In this document: positions 37,843-45,195 of the stretch, piece after piece
How positions within the stretch are numbered: position 1 is the first letter of the stretch
Layout of the letters: each line of letters opens with the position of its first letter
Assembly (NCBI GenBank): GCA_963708135.1
Contig: OY970192.1
Span: 3,342,152-3,406,151, forward strand
From: an uncultured Gemmatimonadales bacterium
GTDB lineage: Bacteria > Gemmatimonadota > Gemmatimonadetes > Longimicrobiales > RSA9
DNA: 64,000 nt
Direction of reading: 5' to 3'
Made by a program: the position numbers and the translations under genes
The notes under the pieces: model-generated
Databases searched by the model: none
Told to the model about the DNA's origin: nothing
What the model saw: only the letters and a program-made list of their open reading frames with translations

Positions 37843-39363
37843 ATGGCGCATGCGAGCACCGAGCGCTTCACACGGAGCCGATCCGTGCAACGTCCCATCG
37901 CACCGTCCGCGCGGGCGCTGCACCCGGTCGGCGCACGCCGGATCCTCGCCGTCGGCGCACGCCGGCTGCCCGCGCTCGGCGCACGCCGGCTGGTTCCGCT
38001 CGGCGCACGGCGGCTCCTCGTCCGCGCACGCCGGCTGGTTCCGCTCGGCTCACGCCGGCTGCTCGCGCTCGGCGCAGCGCGGCTGGTTCCGGTCGCCGCA
38101 CGGCGACTCCTCGCCCTGGGCGCGCGCCGGCTCCTCGCCCTCGACACACGCCGGCTGCTCCTACTCGGCGCGCGGCGGCTGCTCCCGCTCGGCGCGCTCG
38201 GAATCCTCGCCGCCTGCTCGCTGCCGGCCAGTCGCGGCGGCGCGGTTCCGGCGGAATCCGCGGCCCGGCGGGCGCTGGCGGATGCGGACACGCTGCGCGT
38301 GCGCGATGTGGCACCGGGCGTCCGCTACGTCTACGCGTGGCGGTCCACCGGGCCGTGGGGCATCAACGTGCTGGAGGTGGACGGACGCGTCTGCGCGGCC
38401 GACTGGGAGGCCAGGAAGATGCCGGGGGTGGACTCGCGTGCCACCACCTCCTCCCTCGGCGCCGGCGATCTGGCCGCCGTCAACGGGGATTTCTTCGCGA
38501 TCCCGGCGGGCACACCGGTGAACGCCTTCGTGCACGAGGGGCTGCCGTGGATCGGCCCGTCGTCGTGGCCGGCGTGGATCCTGACGGGAAGGCGCGCGAC
38601 GATCGGGACGCCGGGCTTTCGCGGCGGAATCGTCGCCGGAGGCGACACGCTCCGCCTCAGCTCGCTCAACCGGGCACCTGTACGGACCACCGCCTACCAC
38701 CCGGCTCCCGATGGGGCGACGCTGTTCACCACGCGCGTCGGGAAGGCGACGCTCGGCGATTCCGCCGCCACGCTGCTGTGGCTGGACGACGCGGCCGGCG
38801 ACGAGCGCGCCGGCGGCGGGCGGAGCGCCGCGACCGAGGCACTGCCGGCGGCCGAAGACACCGCGGCGCGGCGCGCGGACGTGCCCGCCGGCCGCGCCCT
38901 GCTCGTGCTGCGCGGCGGCTCCCGCGCGTGGGCGAAGCGGCATCGCCCGGGCGAGCGCGTACGCTGGTGGACCGCCGTGCTCTCTCCCGCCGGCGACGTC
39001 GCCCGGGAGGTGGTGGGCGGGTTCCCGGTGCTGCTCCGGAACGGCCAGCCCGTCGAGCACGGCGGCGAGGTGCGTCCATCCTTCGGCGAAACGAGGCATC
39101 CCCGCTCCGCCATCGGCTGGAGCGCGGACGGAACGCGGACGTTCCTCGTCGTCGTCGATGGCCGGCAGGAGTCCTACAGCGGCATGTCGCTTCCCGAGCT
39201 CGCCGCGCTGATGCGCGAGCTGGGCGCGGCCGAGGCACTGAACCTCGACGGCGGCGGCTCCTCGGCCATGGTGGTGCGGGGCTCGGTCGTGAGCCACCCG
39301 TCCGACAGGGACGGCGAGCGGCCGGTGGGCGACGCCCTGGCGCTCGCCGGGTGCGCGCGCTGA
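37843..39363 (+). CDS. Phosphodiester glycosidase (DUF2233/NAGPA-like) family lipoprotein. The N-terminus is uncertain because of an in-frame 24-bp repeat array.
   Basis: The C-terminal domain has AVNGDFF...GGFPVLLRNG...RHPRSAIGWSADG...LVVVDGRQ..SGMSL.ELA..M..LGA..ALNLDGGGSS. A lipobox LAAC lies at about 38205. The only canonical ATG is at 37843. Confidence 0.7.
   Translation: MAHASTERFTRSRSVQRPIAPSARALHPVGARRILAVGARRLPALGARRLVPLGARRLLVRARRLVPLGSRRLLALGAARLVPVAARRLLALGARRLLALDTRRLLLLGARRLLPLGALGILAACSLPASRGGAVPAESAARRALADADTLRVRDVAPGVRYVYAWRSTGPWGINVLEVDGRVCAADWEARKMPGVDSRATTSSLGAGDLAAVNGDFFAIPAGTPVNAFVHEGLPWIGPSSWPAWILTGRRATIGTPGFRGGIVAGGDTLRLSSLNRAPVRTTAYHPAPDGATLFTTRVGKATLGDSAATLLWLDDAAGDERAGGGRSAATEALPAAEDTAARRADVPAGRALLVLRGGSRAWAKRHRPGERVRWWTAVLSPAGDVAREVVGGFPVLLRNGQPVEHGGEVRPSFGETRHPRSAIGWSADGTRTFLVVVDGRQESYSGMSLPELAALMRELGAAEALNLDGGGSSAMVVRGSVVSHPSDRDGERPVGDALALAGCAR
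37925..38212 (+). repeat. 24-bp tandem repeat, about 12 units (one is 21 bp), in frame with the downstream CDS as (A/P)LGARRLL octapeptides
   Basis: TCGGCGCACGCCGG-like cores occur at 37928, 37952, 37976, 38000, 38021, 38045, 38069, 38093, 38117, 38141, 38165 and 38189. Confidence 0.9.
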
Positions 39364-39462
39364 GCCGCGGCCCGCCTCGCCGCGGAAGCCGCGTGGCGCC
39401 CGCCGCACCGAGCAACCCCGACTGGATGACCCGGAGCGACGCTGCCGTGGCGACTCTGCCAG

Positions 39463-39942
39463 CTACGGCAACAGTACCGTGCCCGCTGACACGGGATTCT
39501 TGGGCACGTCCAGGAATGTGGGCTCCACCTCGATGGCATACTCGCCCGACTTGATCGTGTCGCCGAGAATCATCTGCAGCGGAACTGTCGCAGTAAATGC
39601 GCTCGACTGCTTCGGCTCGAGCCTCTCCGATTTCAATCCTGCGCCGCACACCGCATTAGCGTACGCAACTCCAGCATCCCAAACGAGACCAGCGCCGCCT
39701 TCCGGCGTCTCGTATATTCGCACAAGCACGGGATCCGTCGGGCAGAGGCCAAACTCGAGGCTGACGGTGGAGCCGCCCAGGTTCGTCGCAGTCAACGTCG
39801 CTCGAAGGGCAGGCGGGGGTCCCGGCACCACCACTGCATGCGCGGAAAAACTCACGCTATCCAAACCGCTCACCTCCGTGCCCCTCGAGCACGCCGTGAA
39901 GGCAGCCAGCAGCACGGCCGTCAGGCGAAACGCGGCACGCAT
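39463..39942 (-). CDS. Small hypothetical lipoprotein, 159 aa
   Basis: The ATG at 39942 gives MRAAFRLTAVLLAAFTAC with a lipobox. The segment is lower in GC and abuts the 3' end of tRNA-Arg. Confidence 0.6.
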   Translation of the reverse strand: MRAAFRLTAVLLAAFTACSRGTEVSGLDSVSFSAHAVVVPGPPPALRATLTATNLGGSTVSLEFGLCPTDPVLVRIYETPEGGAGLVWDAGVAYANAVCGAGLKSERLEPKQSSAFTATVPLQMILGDTIKSGEYAIEVEPTFLDVPKNPVSAGTVLLP

Positions 39943-40268
39943 AGTGCCCCCTCCGACTATCAGTAATCCTGCATGGTGACATCGGTTCGGCCGCTCCATC
40001 TGAAAACGGCCGAACCGCTGTACTCCAGCGCCAACCCCTGCTTGGACCTCATCATAGCAGAGGAGCCTGCCCCGGCGGCCCGGACGCGTCGAGAGGTCCG
40101 CCGTCCACGCCTGCGCGTCCCTGGCGGTGATGCTCGAAGGGTCCCTCCTCGTGCCGAAGAACGCCACCGCCGGGTTACCTTACACGGAACGTTACAACGC
40201 CCAAACCGCGTCTGCCGGAAATACGAAATCCCTACCAGGCAAGTCCTGGTAGGGATTCCGTTTACACA

Positions 40269-40342
40269 TGCGCCCGACAGGATTCGAACCTGTGACCTCG
40301 TGCTCCGGAGGCACGCGCTCTATCCAACTGAGCTACGGGCGC
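40269..40342 (-). tRNA. tRNA-Arg (anticodon CCG), 74 nt, CCA not encoded
   Basis: Folded by hand: acceptor GCGCCCG/CGGGCGC, D arm GCTC-AGTTGGATA-GAGC, anticodon arm CGTGC-CTCCGGA-GCACG, T arm ACAGG-TTCGAAT-CCTGT. Confidence 0.95.
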
Positions 40343-40354
40343 GAACAAAGGGGC

Positions 40355-40760
40355 GGACGGGAAGCGCGATAAGCCGAGTCCTGTCGCCGGCGCCGTCGCC
40401 TGAAGGCGAGCCGCCGGGGCGGATCATTTCTCTGGGACGGCGGTTGCCCGCCGCCTCGAGCGGCCTACCCGGGACTTCCAGCAGCCTTTCGGCTGCGACG
40501 GCGCGGGCCGCGCCTCATCCCTGCTTGGCCTTGCTCCGGGTGGGGTTTGCCGTGCCGCCTCCGTCGCCGGAGACGCGGTGGGCTCTTACCCCACCGTTTC
40601 ACCCTTGCCTGTGCCCCCGAGGGGGCCATCGGCGGTCTGTTCTCTGTGGCACTTTCCGTCGTGTCGCCACGCCCGGCCGTTAGCCGGCACCCTGCCCTGC
40701 GGAGCTCGGACTTTCCTCGACCGCCGCATCGGCGGCCGCGATCCGCTGCGCTTCCCGTCC
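40355..40760 (-). ncRNA. rnpB: RNase P RNA, bacterial type A
   Basis: The minus strand contains GAGGAAAGTCCG, ACAGAGAACAGACCGCC, GGTAAGAGCCCACC, GGCAAACCCCACC and ACAGGACTCGGCTTAT. P1 pairs GGACGGGAAGCGC (5' end) with GCGCTTCCCGTCC (3' end). Confidence 0.9.
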
Positions 40761-40773
40761 TGTCAAACAGCAG

Positions 40774-40847
40774 CGCGCCCGAGAGGACTCGAACCTCTAA
40801 CCTTCTGATCCGTAGTCAGATGCTCTATCCAATTGAGCTACGGGCGC
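40774..40847 (-). tRNA. tRNA-Arg (anticodon ACG), 74 nt, CCA not encoded
   Basis: Folded by hand: acceptor GCGCCCG/CGGGCGC, anticodon arm TCTGA-CTACGGA-TCAGA, T arm AGAGG-TTCGAGT-CCTCT. Confidence 0.95.
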
Positions 40848-41317
40848 TTGTGTGGAGCGGGCGACGCCCCCCGCCTCCGGACCCCCCGCCCCCCCGCCCC
40901 CCTTAGACGCGAAACCCCGCGGTCCGGCGTCCATGCTGCTCGACGCTCCGCGAGGCTGCGGGGGTTGCTCGTTCCAACCGTGAAAAGTTATCCGGGGAGA
41001 GGGGCCATGTCAAGGTGCGGACGCCCTCGACAGGGAGTGGGTGAACCGCCGGGCGGACGCACGTTTCCGGGCCGCGGAAACATCCCCGCGACCGCCATCC
41101 GGGCGGGGGACCGGGCGACGTGCCGGGCCACGAGCGCCTCCGAGCCAGGCGCCCCTCGCGGCTACCGCCGCCCTCTGTAGAACGTCGGGAGGCGCGGCGG
41201 GAGGCGCGGCGGCCGCGAGCGCTCCAGGCCGATGCACGCGCGGCCACCGCAATCGTCGCCCGGTCCCCCACTCCCCCACTCCTCCACTCTGGTGGGGAGA
41301 TGGAGCGGCGGCGACGC

Positions 41318-41749
41318 CTACGGCTCCGGCTCGGAGATCTCCTCCACGAGCTCGCCGACATCACTGCCGCCGTCGCGCTCGAGGGCCACGTCGGCCTGGG
41401 CGATCATGCCGACCAGGCGGTCGCCGTCCTCGACCACGGGGACGCGGCGCACCCTGTCGCGCTCCATGGAGCGCAGGACCTCGGAGAGGTCGGCGTCCGG
41501 CCGAACGCAGGTCAGCCGCTCGGTCGTCATGTGGTCACCCACACGGCAGTCGTCCGTGTGCCGCTCCGCCGTGTGCCGGATCGCCAGGTCGCGGTCGGTG
41601 ATGATGCCCCGCAGGTGCATCCCGGTCCGGTCGTCGACCACCGGGATGGCGCCGCAGTCGTTCTCGCGCATGAGCTGCGCGGCTCGGCTGACGGTATCGT
41701 CCGGGGTGAGGCATGCCGGGTCGCCGGTCATGATCTCGCGCGCCTTCAT
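41318..41749 (-). CDS. CBS-domain pair protein, 143 aa
   Basis: MKAREIMTGDP...AIPVVDD...GIITDRDL...VPVVEDGDRLVGMIAQADV. ATG at 41749 with GGAAGGAG upstream. Confidence 0.85.
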   Translation of the reverse strand: MKAREIMTGDPACLTPDDTVSRAAQLMRENDCGAIPVVDDRTGMHLRGIITDRDLAIRHTAERHTDDCRVGDHMTTERLTCVRPDADLSEVLRSMERDRVRRVPVVEDGDRLVGMIAQADVALERDGGSDVGELVEEISEPEP

Positions 41750-41856
41750 GGGCTGGCTCCTTCCGTTCTGTGAGGCGGATCCGTCCGGGCGGGCACCGGC
41801 GCCCACCCGTGCCATGAAGCGTGCAACTCGTGTGCCTGCAATCAATTAGCAGCCCA

Positions 41857-42042
41857 TCATCCGACGAGCTGATCCGGCGGCGTGGGCAGCTGCGTCGCGG
41901 GGTCCTTGCAGTCGACCTCGGCGCCCGCCGGGTGATAGCGCAGGCACTCGGGGCAGGGCTCCCACTCCTCGCCCTGCTCCACGGCCCGCTTCGCGATCCG
42001 CCTCCAGCGCTTCTCGGATTCCGTCAGTGTGGTCAGTCCCAT
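41857..42042 (-). CDS. Small hypothetical protein, 61 aa
   Basis: ATG at 42042 preceded by AAGGAAGG. The composition is non-repetitive (MGLTTLTESEKRWRRIAKRAVEQGEEWEPCPECLRYHPAG...). No recognisable family. Confidence 0.45.
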   Translation of the reverse strand: MGLTTLTESEKRWRRIAKRAVEQGEEWEPCPECLRYHPAGAEVDCKDPATQLPTPPDQLVG

Positions 42043-42112
42043 GGGCCTTCCTTTCGTCGGCTCGAGGATGGCTTGACTACTTGTGTATGCCTCGGGCGGC
42101 GGATGGGTCCCC

Positions 42113-42180
42113 GGGGTACGGGTACGGATTCGGGTGCGGGTGCGGGTGCGGGTGCGGGGCCGGGTTCGGGATGCGGCGGG
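42113..42180 (+). repeat. G3N3 hexamer microsatellite (GGGTAC)2...(GGGTGC)4...
   Basis: Read directly from the sequence. Confidence 0.9.
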
Positions 42181-42235
42181 CAGTGGCGCGGCGCAACGAG
42201 CGAAAACGGGGAATGGAGCCCGCCGCCGGCGCCGG

Positions 42236-42395
42236 AATCGCGATTCTGCTCGGTATCCGAGAGGAAACGCGCAGCGGCCGCGCCGGCGACGTCGCCGGAT
42301 CCCACTTCTGCTCGGTATCCGAGACGAATCGGCGGACGGACGGCCCGCGCGACCTCGGCTGCGCGATTCTGCTCGCCTTCCGCCGAACACCCAGC
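42236..42395 (+). repeat. Dispersed element family 2, copy B: three sub-repeats at 61-62-bp spacing (GCGATTCTGCTCGGTATCCGAGAGGAAACG type, with a CTCGG-TAT-CCGAG hairpin)
   Basis: TTCTGCTCG occurs at 42244, 42306 and 42367. The third unit is degenerate, as in copies A and C. Confidence 0.85.
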
Positions 42396-42464
42396 CCGCC
42401 CTCACCGCACCCCCCAATCCCGCGCCGCGCATCCCGAGCGCCTCGCGCCTACCGCCCGGAGCGT

Positions 42465-43646
42465 CTAGAACGCCGAAAACCCGGTCAGGTCCTGCCCCAG
42501 CACGAGGGTGTGGATGTCGTGCGTGCCCTCGTAGGTGTAGACGGACTCGAGGTTGGCCATGTGGCGCATGGCGGAGTACTCGACGAGGATGCCGTTGGCG
42601 CCGAGCAGGCGGCGGGCCTCGCGGGCGACGTCGCAGGCCATGTCGCAGTTGGCGCGCTTGGCGAGGGAGACCTGCTGGGGGCGCATGGTGCCGCGGTCCT
42701 TGAGGCGCCCGAGCTGGAGGCAGAGGAGCTGGGCCTGCGTGATGCCGGTGAGCATCTCGGCCAGGCGCGCCTGCTGGAGCTGCTTGGCGCCGATCGGCGT
42801 GCCGAACATGACGCGCTCCTTCGCGTAGCGGACCGCCTCGTCGAGGCAGCCCATGGCGGCGCCGACGACGCCGAAGGCGATGCCGTAGCGCGCCTGCGTC
42901 AGGCACATGAGCGGGCTCTTGAGGCCGCCGGAGGAGGGCAGCAGCGCGTCGGGGCCGACGCGCACGTCCTGGAGCGCGAGCTCGCTCGTGTCGGAGGCCA
43001 GGAGCGAGAGCTTGCCCTTCTGGTCGCGGGCCTCGAAGCCGGGGGTGTCGGTCGGCACGATGAAGCCGCGGATGGAGGCCTGGTCGTCCAGCTCCCCGGT
43101 CTTGGCCCAGACGATGGCGATGTCGGCCATGGAGCCGTTGGTGATCCACATCTTGGCGCCGTTCAGCACCCAGCCCTCGCCGTCCTTCCGGGCGGTGGTG
43201 ATCATCCCGGCCGGGTTGGAGCCGAAGTCCGGCTCCGTCAGCCCGAAGCAGCCGATCACCCTGCCCGCGGCCATGTCGGGCAGGTAGGCGCGCTTCTGCT
43301 CCTCGCTGCCAAAGGCGTGGATCGGGTACATGCACAGCGCGCCCTGCACGGAGGCGAAGGAGCGGAGCCCGGAGTCGCCGCGCTCGAGCTCCTGCATGAT
43401 GAGCCCGTAGGCGACGTTGTTCAGCCCCGCGCACCCGTACTCCTCGGGCAGGTTCGCGCCGAGCAGCCCCAGCTCGCCCATCTGCGGGATGAGCTCGGTG
43501 GGGAAGTGCCGGCCGATGTAGGCCTCCTCGATGACCGGCAGCACCTGCTCGTCCACCCAGGTCCGCACCGTGTCGCGCACCATGCGCTCCTCCTCGGAGA
43601 GGAGCGAGTCGAGATCGAAGTAGTCGATTCCGCTGAAGGCAGCCAT
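42465..43646 (-). CDS. gcdH: Acyl-CoA dehydrogenase, glutaryl-CoA dehydrogenase-like, 393 aa
   Basis: CFGLTEPDFGSNPAGM, WITNG and YEGTHDIHTLVLG motifs; the length is typical of GCDH. ATG at 43646. Confidence 0.85.
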   Translation of the reverse strand: MAAFSGIDYFDLDSLLSEEERMVRDTVRTWVDEQVLPVIEEAYIGRHFPTELIPQMGELGLLGANLPEEYGCAGLNNVAYGLIMQELERGDSGLRSFASVQGALCMYPIHAFGSEEQKRAYLPDMAAGRVIGCFGLTEPDFGSNPAGMITTARKDGEGWVLNGAKMWITNGSMADIAIVWAKTGELDDQASIRGFIVPTDTPGFEARDQKGKLSLLASDTSELALQDVRVGPDALLPSSGGLKSPLMCLTQARYGIAFGVVGAAMGCLDEAVRYAKERVMFGTPIGAKQLQQARLAEMLTGITQAQLLCLQLGRLKDRGTMRPQQVSLAKRANCDMACDVAREARRLLGANGILVEYSAMRHMANLESVYTYEGTHDIHTLVLGQDLTGFSAF

Positions 43647-43865
43647 GTGAGCACCGCTGATCCGGTTGAGGTCGTTTCGAGGCCCCAAGTTAGCACCGCG
43701 CTCCGGGCCCCGCGAGGGGCGCTCCCCCTCCCGACGCACGGCCCCCGCCCGTGGTCCGGCGCGCCGGGATCGGACCGGGCTGTGGCGGGCCGCGCCCAAT
43801 TGTCCGGGCACGGCGCCCCGGCTATCTTGCTGCCATCCACCCACCCTCAAAGCGTTGGAGTGACG

Positions 43866-44762
43866 ATGCCGAGGAACGCTCTCCCCCCCCGGATCCTGGT
43901 GCTGGCCGCGCTGCTGCTCTCGGCGGCGGCGTGCGAGTCGGCGAAGACGAAGCAGCAGATCGCGGATCTGCAGGCCGCCGCGTCCCAGACGGACAGCCTC
44001 ATGTCGGAGGTGGCGACGAACGCGCGCATGATGAGCGAGATCGGCGCGGAGGTCGCGCGAGTGCAGGGGGCCCCGCTCGCGGGGCAGAGTGGCGAGCGGA
44101 TCGCGACCCCGGCCAATCCAGACACGATCCTGGCGGGGATCCGTGTGCTGAGCGCGCGGCTGGACAGCACGCAGGCGGCGCTCACGCGCAGCGAGGCGCG
44201 GGCGAAGAAGCTGAGCGGACAGGAGGGCTCGCTGCGCCACTCGCTCGCCGATCTGCGCGCGGCCGTGACGAACCAGAAGGCGACGATCGCGGCGCTGACG
44301 GAGCAGATCGCGAGCCTGCAGCAGGAGAACACCCGCCTTTCGGGCGAGAACACGAAGCTGGCGAGCACGAACCAGCAGCTCGGCGACACGGTCCAGGCGC
44401 TGTCGAAGCGGGCTGCAACCGTCTACTACGTGGTCGGCACGAAGGAGGACCTGCTCCAGCACGGCATCGTGAAGGAGACCGGCGGCAGCCGCGTGCTCTT
44501 CATCTTCGGCAAGCGCGGCAAGGTGCTCGTCCCCGCAAGCGACATGGACCCGAACTACTTCACGCCGGTCGACATGCGGACCACCATGGACATCCAGCTG
44601 CCGGACTCGACCCGCGCCTACAAGATCGTCACTCCGCAGGACCAGTCGGCGCTCTCGAACACGCCCGACGACAAGGGACGGTTCCACGGCGACGCCCTGC
44701 ACATCACCGATGCGCAGCGCTTCTGGGCGAAGGGCCGCTACCTGATCCTGGTCGAGTCCTGA
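43866..44762 (+). CDS. Coiled-coil lipoprotein, 298 aa
   Basis: The ATG at 43866 gives MPRNALPPRILVLAALLLSAAAC with a lipobox. The middle is a heptad-rich Q/A/L region. Confidence 0.7.
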   Translation: MPRNALPPRILVLAALLLSAAACESAKTKQQIADLQAAASQTDSLMSEVATNARMMSEIGAEVARVQGAPLAGQSGERIATPANPDTILAGIRVLSARLDSTQAALTRSEARAKKLSGQEGSLRHSLADLRAAVTNQKATIAALTEQIASLQQENTRLSGENTKLASTNQQLGDTVQALSKRAATVYYVVGTKEDLLQHGIVKETGGSRVLFIFGKRGKVLVPASDMDPNYFTPVDMRTTMDIQLPDSTRAYKIVTPQDQSALSNTPDDKGRFHGDALHITDAQRFWAKGRYLILVES

Positions 44763-44857
44763 CGCCACGGACGAGAGCCCGGCCGGCGCCGCACCGTCGT
44801 TCGGATTCGCGGCACACCGCCGGGTGAGCTCCGGCGTCCAGCTGCGGCCTGACGGTC

Positions 44858-45030
44858 GCGCGAGCAAAATCGCGCACTCGACGCATCCCGATCCGGCGGG
44901 ATCCCGATCTGTCTCGGAAAGCGAGCAGGATCGGGGTCCCGTCGGGGCTCCGCCGCGCCCACTACGCCGTTCGTCTCGGATTCCGATCAAATTCGGGATC
45001 CCGTTGCCCGCGGCGGCCTCCATTCCTCGA
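44858..45030 (-). repeat. Dispersed element family 2, copy C (inverted relative to copy B)
   Basis: The reverse complement gives CCCGAATTTGATCGGAATCCGAGACGAACGG, CCCGATCCTGCTCGCTTTCCGAGACAGATCG and GCGCGATTTTGCTCGCGCGACC at 61-62-bp spacing. Confidence 0.8.
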
Positions 45031-45195
45031 TCCTGCTCGCGTTCTCACGCTCCGGCCAGCCACGTCCGCCCGGAGCCGGCGTTGGTGGCCACACGCCCGT
45101 CGCCGGTTGCGCGGCGACGAGCCTCCGCCACATCATGGTCCGCACCTGCCCATCCGCAGCACGCACGACTGCAACCCGCACGCACGGAGGCCGAC

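Noticed and set aside
42236-42395. Three-repeat, 61-bp-period mini-CRISPR arrays (also at 1296-1445 and 44858-45030)
   Set aside because: The would-be spacers are homologous between the three loci. These are copies of one dispersed element, not arrays of independently acquired spacers.
42027-43865. N-terminal 613 aa of the 911-aa ORF 42027..44762, and ORF 41857..43434
   Set aside because: They read through repeats and the antisense of gcdH. The real genes are 41857..42042, 42465..43646 and 43866..44762.
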